From assembly GCA_964188305.1 (NCBI GenBank), contig OZ076890.1: DNA of 64,000 bases. One strand, 5' to 3'. The notes beneath the pieces were generated by a model that did not search any database, was not told the DNA's origin, and saw only the letters and a list, made by a program, of their open reading frames with translations. Of this stretch, positions 1-10,943 are shown in pieces (the stretch's first letter is position 1; each line of letters starts with the position of its first letter). Position numbers and translations under genes: made by a program. This DNA comes from Podarcis bocagei. Taxonomy: Eukaryota.

Positions 1-568
1 CAGAAGAGACCATTTAAGGCCATTAATCCTCAAATCTCAATTTTATTTGCACCAGCTACCCCATTACACATTATCTGAGCCAAATATTGTGATGTTATAA
101 TATATAAATTTATAAAGCTTCAAGTGAGGAACTCAAACTATTATCTTTATTCTGCCCTGCGTGTGAAAAACTGCCCTGCGTGTGAAAAACATGGAGATTC
201 TTTCTCTCCATATATGGTGTTGTCTCTTTCACTTCCCAGGTGTTGTTCTCTCTCATTGTGACTTGGGGTGAAACTGAATCTTGAAGTTTCTCAGAGGTCT
301 TATCTCTCCATCCTTTGCTTCGATGTCTCGAAACAGGCGACAGTCTGCTAGAAACCATTCTGTCTCACCAGTAAAAACATGTTGCAGATCTTCGCTGTCG
401 TGGAGGCTGCCTTCATTAAGGCAGGCGGAATCAGAAGTGATAGGTGGGTTTTCAAACCCGTCTGTGTAAGTTGGGCCACAGGAATGAGGATAGATAAGGA
501 TCCAGTCTGCCAGGCCAAAAATGGACAAAAGCTTGAAAAGCCATGGGGTGCTTGCCAAAGGATTAAAA

Positions 569-704
569 CAGGCATAGGGAAACTCGGCCCTCCAGATGTT
601 TTGGGACTACAACTCCCATCATCCCTAGCTAACAGGACCAGCGGTTAGGGTTGGTGGGAACTGTAGTCTCAAAACATCTGGAGGGTCAAGTTTGCCTATG
701 CCTG
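569..704. mobile_element. Palindromic hAT-type MITE
   Basis: TIRs CAGGCATAGG.AAACT / AGTTTGCCTATGCCTG; degenerate 8-bp TSD (6/8 match). Confidence 0.85.
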
Positions 705-1525
705 GTTTAGAACTTTGTGTGATTGCTCCATAAATAACCCAAAGTGGGTGGGGTCTCCTGACCAAGCTAGATAGTTTATAACTGGCTCCCTGAATCTCTC
801 CTTCAGAGGAGGCTGGCAGCAGCAAGAAGAAGGAAGTGTTGATAGGGCAAAAATGGCACGTCCTCTTCCTCACCCCCTCCCCCAGCTGCTAGTGCTGAAG
901 ATGTGTCAAAGATGTGTGGGATGGATGGGTGCCATTCTAGTTTTTCTCCACATATTTGTTTTGAAACCAATTTTACCATGTTCTTTTGACAGATATTACC
1001 TATATGGAACATAAACTGCAGATTTTCTTTTTTTAAAAAGAGGAGGGGGCGGGATCTACATCTCCAGGGCAGATCTGTGTTAGTTAGACTCAATCCCACA
1101 TTTAATCTATTTTCTAAAAAAAAACCTCCCAGAATTCAGGTTTTTGAGCGTCTAGATATTAGTGAAGTGCAAAATATAGAAAAAACTGATGGGCATACAT
1201 GACACAGCTTGACTAGAGAGGCAAGTGCTGCATTGTTCAATCTTAAGAACTACAAAGACATCATATCCAAGCCAGCTGACAATGTAGTTATTTTGAATGA
1301 AAATGATTACTTCACAGAAGCGTATTGACCGCTTAAGAATACTGTGCACTATACTAGGTGCCATAATGATCCAATCACACAGACAAAAAAGGAAAGAGCA
1401 AGGATAGTAGCTTTGGGATTACCGGAAGGATATATTGATAGGTCCTTTTCAGACATCCATGCTCAATGAGTAGGAATTGTCTGTGGATGCAATGTCAAAG
1501 ACATAGCTCCAGAAAAATAATTATA

Positions 1526-1759
1526 CAGTGGTACATCGGGTTACATACGCTTCAGGTTACATACGCTTCAGGTTACAGACTCCGCTAACCCAGAAATAGT
1601 ACCTCGGGTTAAGAACTTTGCTTCAGGATGAGAACAGAAATTGTGCTCCAGTGGCAGCAGGAGGCCCCATTAGCTAAAGTGGTGCTTCAGGTTAAGAACA
1701 GTTTCAGATTAAGAACGGACTTCCGGAACAAATTAAGTACTTAACCTGAGGTACCACTG
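1526..1759. mobile_element. Tigger/pogo-type MITE
   Basis: TIRs CAGTGGTAC..GGTTA / TAACC..GTACCACTG, TA duplication. Confidence 0.88.
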
Positions 1760-2825
1760 TACTTCAGTTTTCATGAGCAATGCATGAACAGGGCTTTATT
1801 TGGACATCAGTCCCATTGCAATCCATCCCAGAGAAGGCTAAGTTGTAACAAAAACAGAAAAGCACCTTAAAATAAATGCTTAGAAAATGAAAGTTTGTGC
1901 CAATGAAAGATCCTGTCTCAATACATGTGCATGTTTTTTCAAAGTGCCACTGCAAAACTGTCACTGAAATAAAACAGGGCTTAGTTCTGAGTAAATGTCA
2001 GGATTCATTCACATATCCAAAAGAAGCAAAATATACTATGTAATCAGAATACAGTTTTGAGAGGTCCTTTGATTAGTTAGAGGGTTCGCAGTAAAGGCCT
2101 GAATCTGCTCTTAGTAATACCCTTGGTAGAGGCTCTGATAACTACAGTGGGATGCATTTCCTGAAGAATAAACAGCAAGTTCAGATAGGTTCACTGAAAT
2201 GCTTTACACAATATTTAAAATGCATTTCCCTAGGAAATTCATGGTGTGTCATTCTTTTTCAACATGCAGGGGTTCCATTTAACACATTTCTCCTGACTGA
2301 AATGGGAAAGCATCAATAAGGTTCCATTTGCAGCTTCTGGTACTTGTATTCCGTACAGTGTATAATCAAAGGGGGGGAAATGAGGTACCGGTATGTCACA
2401 CAGAGGGCCATTGAAATATTTCCTTCAGATTCATTAAAACAAGATTATTTTTAGAAAGAAACTACAGAATCAGATATGCAACCATTTGCCAGCAAGGCCA
2501 AAGCTCTGGAAACCACCAGGCTATTTTGTGAGGATCGTATAGGACAGCAAAAGAACATTCTGCCATTGCTGAATAATTCCAACATGCACACCCCTAGCTA
2601 ATGCATTGTCTCTGAAGTGGGAGACTTTGAAATAACACTGTTTCTCTCTACTGTACTTCCAGCACTGCTAGATTATGAATAACATCACTATTTCCATGTG
2701 TGCGCCAGATGCCACTGGTCTGCTGTGTCGTTTATGCTGCAGCAACACCTCTGGACGACAGAATTGCTGTTCATAATGATGGTAAATGGTGTTCATTTTC
2801 CCAACGCCAGTTATGTCTTTAAAAC

Positions 2826-2962
2826 TGGGATGGGGAACCTGTGGCCCTCCAGATGTGTTTGGACTTCAACGCCCATCTGCTGCAGCCATTATGGTTAACA
2901 GACAGAGATTGTGGGAGTCATAGCCCAGCAATAGTTGAAGGTCCGCAATTTCTACACCTCTG
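2826..2962. mobile_element. Old palindromic MITE; related copies at ~12476-12610, 28313-28445, 30700-30830, 33640-33740, 34920-35042
   Basis: GGGGAACCTGTGGCCCTCCAGATG..AACTCCCATC..GATGGGAGT fold-back pattern. Confidence 0.65.
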
Positions 2963-3363
2963 CCTTAAAGCATCTACATGCCACTTTCAACCAAATGCAT
3001 TCCCATAGGTGTGGTTCCAGCCCACTGAAACCAGAGACATTTCCGCCACGAAACTAGATCCAAGCTAGATAGCAAGGATACTTCCACCTGGGACTTTTTT
3101 CATCATTCAAATGCACTCATGCATGGAGTGCTTAGAGAAACCTTTGTTAAGCACATACAACCGTGTCTTGACCTATGTTATATCTTCTTCCTGTTTGGTG
3201 CTGACATGTCAGTACCAACCTGTCTCAAGCAAGGAATGTGTTCTGCCTCCCCACTAACACTTGGTTAGTGTTGATTTATCAACTTGTCAAAAGCACTGTG
3301 GTGTGTTCTTTTCATCCAAACTCTCTGCTTGTGTCCATACCAGCTTCGCACTTGGCCCTCACT

Positions 3364-3707
3364 CAGGGTTGTCTTTAGCATATGCGGCGCCGGGGTGCAA
3401 AGATCCTCCTAGCGCCCCCAATTTTGGGGGGGAGCAGGTCAAAGTTGCTGAGCTTTTAAGGAGGGGAACAGCGAAAACTGCTAACATGAAAAAATAAAGA
3501 TGGATAACTCCATCTTTCCGTTTTTGCGATCATGCAAAAATGAAAGACACCACTAGGGGCGCCTCCAGATACGTTGATTCTGCAGCTCTTCCACAAAAGA
3601 GAACGGAAATGACCCATCGACTGCAATCACCAGGGGATCGCGGTTAAGAGCTTAGGCGGCTTCAGAGGCAGGCGCCCCCCAGAATTTGGCACCTGGGTGC
3701 CCTGCCC
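3364..3707. mobile_element. GC-rich hAT-like MITE
   Basis: CAGGGTTGTCTT start, repeated GCGCCCCC/GGGGCGC subterminal motifs, CpG-rich versus flanks. Confidence 0.5.
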
Positions 3708-4386
3708 TCACTGACTCTGGCTAGCTAGATGAGATTCCAAGTGCTTTGTGCATACGGCACTGATATATGTAACAGGCACAGCATAAAAGGATAATGTGTG
3801 AAATGGCCCCCAATCACAGACTTTACTTAGCTGCATCCTAAGCCCAGGCATCTTTGAATAGATTCCCCTGTTTATCTTGGCCTGTTTCAACTTGCGGATC
3901 TCCCAGTCTACCAGAAATGCACATACTTTTAATGCAGGGAAGGATGTGGGGTTTTATTTATAGCACAATGAACACATAATCATGACCATGATCCCCACAG
4001 CAGTCATGGCCGCAAAGGTGATTGTGCGTCAGCTGCATTGGGTATGATTAGGATGCATCAGTCATAAAAGGTGTCTGATCTATTGTTTAACACAAGGTGG
4101 TCAACGGCAACCAGTGAGTCCTCTCACAATCGCCTAGAGAGGCACATGGCTCTGTAAGGGTGATCTAGATGCAGCTGAAAGCACATTCTATAAAGCCTGT
4201 TGTAAGCAGCTTGGCAGTGATTTGTGGTTCCTGGCAGGTAAACAAAAATGTTTCCGCTGGAAACTTTCTATCAGGACTTTGAAAGCAAACCCCAGGGCTT
4301 GAGGCCAGCAAAAGAAGAGAAAAGGACTCTGAATAAAGATAAATACCACATGCTAAGGATGAAAAAGAACAACATGGTATGCAAAA

Positions 4387-4604
4387 TAGCCAGCGTGGCT
4401 TGGTAGCTACTGTGTTCAACTAGAACCATGGAGATAAGAGTTCAAATCCCCACAAAGCTCCTGGAATGATCAAGGGTGACTGCTGTCTCTGATCCTAACC
4501 TACCCCACAATATTGTTGTAAAGATAAACTGAGCAGGTGAAGAACTGTATTTGCTGCCCTGAGATCATTGGAGAAAGAAATAATAAAGGAAGTATACAAA
4601 TAAA
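4387..4604 (+). mobile_element. Old tRNA-derived SINE
   Basis: GAGTTCAAATCCCCAC B-box-like motif, CCTAACCTACCCCACA core, A-rich tail. Confidence 0.55.
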
Positions 4605-5273
4605 GAAATCAATTAACAAGAACCTCGTGGGGGTGTCTACATAATGGAGGGGAACTGAGTTGGGCTGGTTGATTTCTCAAGGCGAGGCATCAGTGTACCA
4701 TCCTCAGATATTTCTCTCTGGGTGTACACATGACCGCCAGGGCTATGAGGAAAGTGCTTGCATGGCTTTGTGTATAGTGACCTCCAGCCCTCAGTGGTCT
4801 GTGAATGTACAGGAACGTTTATCAGTTGACTGACTTTCCTTTGTGGTCCATACAAAAGCACATGCCACTTTCCATAGAGAAAGCCGTGTTTTTTTATCAT
4901 TGCATCTGTAGACTATTAAGTGGCGGAAAGCTATTTTTATTCCAGTGCAGCTTTGAATTGCAGAAAATGTAAGGCAATATGTAAGGAGAGAGGTCTTTTT
5001 AAAATCTGAGGGTACTTGAAGCTGTATTATTAGACACTGCTATTTCCCCTCCTTTATCCTCCGAAGCCTCATGGTTAAGAGGCTGATGTTCTTAACAGGG
5101 TTGGGAACCATGGCTATAAAGTAGGACCAGGGAACCCCCTTTTCTGTTGAGGGCCCTATTACCTCAGATGCAATCTATTTGGGGCTACATGCTGACACTG
5201 CCCAGGTTTGAAGCCAGTTGTGGTGGGGCTAGACCCAAATGTGGGCAGTGGGCAGGGCGACACAAACGTATGC

Positions 5274-5276
<3 letters not shown>

Positions 5277-5311
<35 letters not shown>
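5277..5311. repeat. (CT)n microsatellite
   Basis: Directly visible. Confidence 0.95.
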
Positions 5312-5314
<3 letters not shown>

Positions 5315-6599
5315 CATTCTGCTTTTGTGATGCATTTCTGGCATGGGAGCAATGCACTCTTTTTCCACCCAAAGATTGCCTCTGTTAATAAAAATAAAAA
5401 TAAAAAATCACCTATGAATTGACTCCTAGGAGGCCAGTTACTGTGAATTCCTTTGGGAAATGAATGTGTGAACTGGGAGTGGACAGACCAATTAACTTTG
5501 TTTTCTCTCATTATAGGAGGCAAAACTGGGTTTACAGGATGAAACACTGACATTGTAAACACATGTGTGGAAAGCATAGGTTTTAACATAAAATGTCCAG
5601 CCATCTTTGGAAATAAAAGTCTAGGACAGCCTCCTTGCCCAAAGCATTGGCGCACAGTATTGCTGCTCATCTTCCTTGCCCCTGGAGCAGAGAAGAGGAG
5701 CGGCAATGCCTTGCAGAACACCCCAGATCTCATCAAGTTCGGTGAGAGGGGGTGAGCGTTCCAGCAGTGGTAGAAGTGGGGGCGGGGCATGGCAGTGTGG
5801 GGGCAGGGAATAGCACATTCCCATTTCATCTTAGGTGGCAAAACAGGTGCGTAGTAACCCAGGAACCTCTTCGCAGCTGAATTAGTTTGGTTTGTGCCAA
5901 GCACAAAAGGCCACAGTTGCACCACCAAAGGATTACATTGTCAAGGGAATAAAATAACATGCCCTCCATCTGCTAGATAATAGTTGATTTCTATTGACTC
6001 TGTATCTAGGGCATCATTTTAAATCAATATCCAGATTTGATACTTTAAAGACTACCATGTGGTAGCACAGGAGCTTAATGTTCCAATAAGAAGCAGATCA
6101 AAATCAAGGATGGTTCAATATTTTTTTTTCCAGAAGGAGAGTGGCCATTGTTTATTTGTCCCAATGTAGTTTGCTGCAAAATAAGACTTCTTGTACTTGA
6201 CACAATGATAATAATATAATAATAATTTATTATTTATACCTACCCCGCCCATCTGGCTCGGTTTCCCCAGCCACCCTGGGCAGCTTCCAACAAAAGTTTA
6301 AAAATAAATGAGCGAACCTTATTAGTTTGTGAAGAACTTCCTGAACTGCCATCTTAAATGGACCCTCTAGGCATCCTTTTTATTGAGCATCCATGATCAT
6401 TTCTGCTCAATATGTTATTGGGGCAGTGACAAACCATCCTGCTTTCAATACAGGTTGCACCTGCAAAGGTTTTGGGGGAGTCACACTGCTTCATTGCCAA
6501 TTGGCACATGACATCACCTATAACTTCCTGCTGAAATCCTGTTACCTTTTATGTCACAAAAGTTCTGATTTTCTTTTTGTTCCACTTTTGTTGTTCTAT

Positions 6600-6921
6600 T
6601 GTAGCACCCTGCTTGTGGTTAACGCTTAGCTGGAATGAAATATTCAACGCAGCAATAGAGAAATTAAAATAATTATTTATTTGTCAGACAAATAAATGAG
6701 AGGCACAGTGGTATATGGTTACCAAGCTCTGGCCTGGCCTCCTGCCATTATGGCCAGCACTTATATTCCCTTAATCCAGCCCCCTTTGCTCCTCCTGTGG
6801 CTGCCTCTGTCCAATCAGCCTGGTTGAATTTCCTATTGGCTGATTGCTATAACCAATCCTAAAAGATACACCCATATCCTCCTGTCCTTATATGGAACAC
6901 AAAGAGCTATATATTGTTACA
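6600..6921 (-). mobile_element. Solo LTR (Gypsy/ERV-type), 322 bp
   Basis: TG...CA ends (TGTAGCA / TGTTACA), 5-bp TSD TCTAT (6595-6599, 6922-6926); on the minus strand CCAAT boxes, then TATA-like (~6761), then AATAAA (6676-6681). Confidence 0.8.
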
Positions 6922-9024
6922 TCTATAAATGACAAATAAGTAGTAATATATCTTACATGTGTCTCAACAAGGAATCTTAATTACCAGCTCACCTCTTGCC
7001 CTCCTTGCCCTATTGCCTTCTAAAACAAATGGTTAATCTTAAATTTTTATTTTAAACATATGTCAAGGATCTTGAGTTTCACATCAACATTGAAAGATCT
7101 CCTTCATTTGAAGGTTTCTAAACAAATGCCTGACAGCTATATATCAGGACTGCTTGGATGGCGTCTTCCTGTCTGGCAGGGGGGCTAGGCTGGTGGCTGA
7201 CTTAATTTCAGGATAAATACAACTCTTACAACTATATGAAATAAGAATCTAGCATTTCTTAAATCCTTTGCATAATTACATTTAAGCAAATATATTTAAT
7301 ACATAACATAGGTAGCCTTTTAAAAGGAATAAGGCCTTTATAAAGTAGAAAAGGAACTCAGTAAAAAAGGAACTCAGTAAAAAACCGTTTCAAAAGAAGC
7401 CTCTTCAGTTTACACCCCCCCTTCAGCCAGCTGCTTTTCCCATTAGCTCTTCCCAACATTTATTGCCCTCTAACTCTCTCAGTTTAAGAAAGAAACAGCT
7501 TTAAAAAGACTTCCCAAAAATGCTCTCCCAAAAATGCTCTCTTTCTGCCAGCTAGATGCTTCTCCATTTGGTCTTGGCCTTTTAACCTTAGAAAGAAGAT
7601 CTGGCTCATTTTACTGGGAGGCACATTGGTATTATTTTACTATTTACTCATTCCTAATTATGTTTATCTCTGCCTTTTTTATCTTCTGTAACATGTAGGG
7701 TCAGTGTCCTCACTCTCAGTCTGTAATTCCAGCTTTTACGACTTTGAGAATTGTTTTCTGCTATAAATCAAGGGGCCCCTTTGTCTAGGAGGAAAACATT
7801 GCCAAGGTTCTCTAAGCAGCTGTCTTCTGCCTGGCATGAAACTTTTGAAAATCTTTAAGCTCTCTCTTTAATATACAAGCCCTGATCAAACATTAATAAA
7901 AATGCAGGCTTATGCCTGATGCCTCACTATAGCCCCTCCATGCAGCAATAATGTGGTAGCAATGGGGAAGCATTGCAGAACAAACTGAAGCAGAATAAAT
8001 CCATCATTAATGCACTGTTATTGTGTCATGAACATGTCACAAAATACAGCTGCAATAAAATAGCAGTCTGGAGGGGGCCCAAAGTTGCTGTATTTTGCAG
8101 ATGGGCTTCCATTATGTCCTGTATCAGCAACATTCCCCCACCTTCTTTTCACTCCCATGTTTTTGTGTAATATCCAGCCTGAGGGAAAGTTCCTTGAAAC
8201 TCAATAGCTAGCTCATTACTTTACAGCTTCCTTGTAAGGTATTATGCCACTGCTTGGATTTTAATTAAAGGATCAACAGAGCTTCCAGCATGTTTTGTCT
8301 ACTTTGTTGATTTGTGTAAATATTGAGCTATGACTGGCCAATGTATTGAATTATTACTAGGATAAACTTGAGTACTTCCTTCTCTTGCATTACAAAAGGC
8401 CAGTACACAAAGCATCTCAAGAAGCTGTTTCATGGCTGTTTCCTCTTAGTGGTTTACTGCCCGACAAAAAACTCTGAAGAAGTTATAATATAGAGCAAGC
8501 TGTGTTAAGTGACAAAGTTCACAAACAAAGCCTTTTGTAATTTACTGACTCACATTTGCATGTATGATGTTAGCCTCTCTGAGCCCGGCTTTGGCCGGGG
8601 AGGGCGGGATATAAATGATGATGATGATGATGATGATGGTTAAACTGAGCTCAGGTTGCAGGTGTCTTAGCAGGTACTCAGCAGCCTTTTGGTAAGGAAA
8701 CCAAGTTCTTTTTCATTTGGAACCTTTTCCATCTTCATTTTATTGCCAGCAGATGGAGACTTGTTTGATGTAACTTCTGGAAACCTCGTGAAATATTCAC
8801 TTACCGTATTTTGAAAGCTCAATGTCTGTGATTTATTCTAGCTTAAGTATTTTTGTGGGGAACGTTTGTTAAAGGTGGGTGAGGGTAGATATGCTTGGAG
8901 CAATCACCACTGTGCTCAACTCTGGCAGTAGAGAGTAGGAATCTCTCTTCCAAACCTCTTTCTCCAGCAAGCCTTGCTTTTTTTACTCCCTATGATGCCC
9001 ACTTGTTGTTATGGCTCAGACCTT

Positions 9025-9200
9025 AGGCCATGGCTCAGGGGTAGAGCACCTGCCTTGCATGCAGAAGGTCCCAGGTTCAATCCCCATCATCTTCAGATAG
9101 GGCTGGGAGGGAAACCATGGTATTGCTGTTGCCAGTTATTGTAGACAATTCTGAGCTAGACAGAGCAGTGGTCTCAGTATAAGGAGCCTTGATATGCTCT
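9025..9200 (+). mobile_element. tRNA-derived SINE (Squam3-like)
   Basis: GGCTCAGGGGTAGAGCA..GCATGCAGAAGGTCCCAGGTTCAATCCC head; GTAGACAATTCTGAGCTAGA body. Confidence 0.8.
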
Positions 9201-9788
9201 TCTCAAATGCTGCTACCTGGAATCAGATTTACAATACCATACAAAGGGTATGGCTATGGCTGGGTAGGTAAGTGAAAGAAAGCAGGAATGATGACTGCTA
9301 AAGTCACTTTTACGAACATGTATTTAGCATCAGTAGCTGCATGCTGTGAGCAAAATATACAAGATGTACTCCTATCTTGTGAATTTGCAGTACAAGCTTA
9401 GGATCTCAGGCTGTGACTCAGCTGAAGGCTCTTGCCACAGAAGTAGCACCATAGTTTATATAGCAAGGGCTGTATATACTCTGGTAATCGATCAACCAAT
9501 CAGGATTCTGCTCCAAGGTGACCTAGATTCTATGCCAAGATAAATTACCTGCTGTGAATTATATGTATTATGTAAATGATGCATATTTGCATGGTTTATT
9601 TTGGTTCTGCTAAGTCTGATGATGAGCAATGCAGGGCATTGAAACCCCATGCCTGATCACAGGAACCTCTGGCTTTTGAGATTTCACCAGGCTTTAGGAT
9701 ATGAAGATCTCTTTTTTTATATACCAAGGGCCAGACATGTAGGTTACAAGCAGGGCATTGGACAGGCTTGGACTACTTATGTGTATAG

Positions 9789-10137
9789 CAGACCTTCCAA
9801 GTGTCCCTATTTTCCAGGGATGTCCCTGATTTAGAGAAGCCACCCCGGTTTCTGTTTTGATCCTGGAATGTCCCACTTTTCTTTAGGATGTCCCTATTTT
9901 CATTGGAGAAATGCTGGAGGGTATGGAGTTATCTGAGCCCCGAGCCATCTGAAGTCAATTCTGTATAGGGAAGGTTGTTGTTTTCAAATTTTTAACGTTT
10001 GATTATGTTATTATATATGTTGGAAGCTGCCCAGAGTGGCTGGGGCAACTCAGTAAGATGTGTGGGGTATAAATAGTCAAATTTTCATTATGGAATGAGA
10101 CGTCCCTATTTTCATCGGAGAAATGTTGGCGGGTGTG
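9789..10137. mobile_element. hAT-like non-autonomous element containing an L2-type 3' tail
   Basis: Termini CAGACCTTCCAA / TTGGCGGGTGTG; internal TGTCCC repeats; L2-type tail at ~10015-10070. Confidence 0.6.
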
Positions 10138-10602
10138 GTATAGGCCCTGGTTTGAATTGCAGGTTGTATACAAGGTGGGAAAGGATGCTGTGTCTCCCAC
10201 TATGTGGATATTACGTGTAACCCAGGTGTTGACATGAACTGGCTCTGAGTCAGCTCATTACTCTAGCTAATCCTCTGTATTGTTTACATGGACTGTCAGT
10301 GGCCTTGAGGGAGATATTTTCCTATTTGAAATCCTCTGCTCTTCAACAGGTTGACCTTCTGTGCACAAATCACATGCTCTTCATCTGAGCTATTGGCCCT
10401 CCCCTTCACATTGCCCACATGCTTTCCAAACCCAACACCACAGTCCTCAGACCCTGAATCTTGCCTCTGAATACAAAGGCCAAGATCTGGAGGCTCCTGC
10501 ATGGTATGATCAGAGAGGGGAGGTAGTTGTTGGGGAGGGGTATGACTGGTTCCCTTTGACACCCTGGCAACAAAAATGCATATATTTGGTATTGATATAA
10601 AT

Positions 10603-10943
10603 CAGGGGGTTGGGAACCTCAGGCCCTGGGACCAAATGTAGCCCTCCAGATATCTCACTGGGACTCCCCAGGTCACACCTTTCACCAGCCTTGCTCTGCA
10701 CCCTCCTGGAGTGTTTGTGCCTGGCTGGAATGTGCCCTCCAGCTCTGATAGTGACTCCTGCTTGCCTGGATGTGGGGTAGAGGGATGTGTGTAGAAACCA
10801 GCCTACTGTACACTACACATGCAAAATTCACCTTAATTGCTATGTCCATCTTTTGCCTTTGGCCCCACCCCCAGGACTGCCATGTGGACATTGTCTGGAA
10901 GGGAATGTTTCCCTTGAACTAAAAAAAAGGTTATTCACTCCTC
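10603..10943. mobile_element. Degenerate hAT-type MITE
   Basis: CAGGGGGTTGGGAACCT ... AGGTTATTCACTCCT termini. Confidence 0.55.

Larger units (their letters stand above)
260..8820 (+). pseudogene. Putative decayed cadherin-repeat gene (fragments only)
   Basis: Plus-strand pieces with stops and frameshifts: PSF..LE..LQIFAV (308-400); IEKTDG..SLTRE..FNL..NVVILNENDY.F..Y (1176-1328); LLDYE (~2665); DT-PPGT..KCT (~3078-3120); SVNVQ (~4798); DGDL..SGNLVKYSL (~8752-8805). Motif reading by eye only. Confidence 0.4.

Noticed and set aside
253-558. 101-aa minus-strand ORF as a real terminal exon
   Set aside because: It has a plausible acceptor, but I recognise no family and find no partner exons; the opposite strand fits the cadherin-like fragments better. 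Not fully excluded.
5185-5928. 247-aa minus-strand ORF
   Set aside because: Crosses a (GA)n microsatellite and repeat-like DNA; no recognisable domain.
7061-7693. Second solo LTR (TGTCAAG...TGTAACA)
   Set aside because: LTR-like composition but no matching TSD and uncertain boundaries.
9025-9085. tRNA gene
   Set aside because: The tRNA-like head runs into a SINE body and the acceptor stem is degenerate; the same applies at ~62900.
10217-10572. LTR- or MITE-like segment with imperfect terminal inverted repeats
   Set aside because: No TSD; too degenerate to classify.
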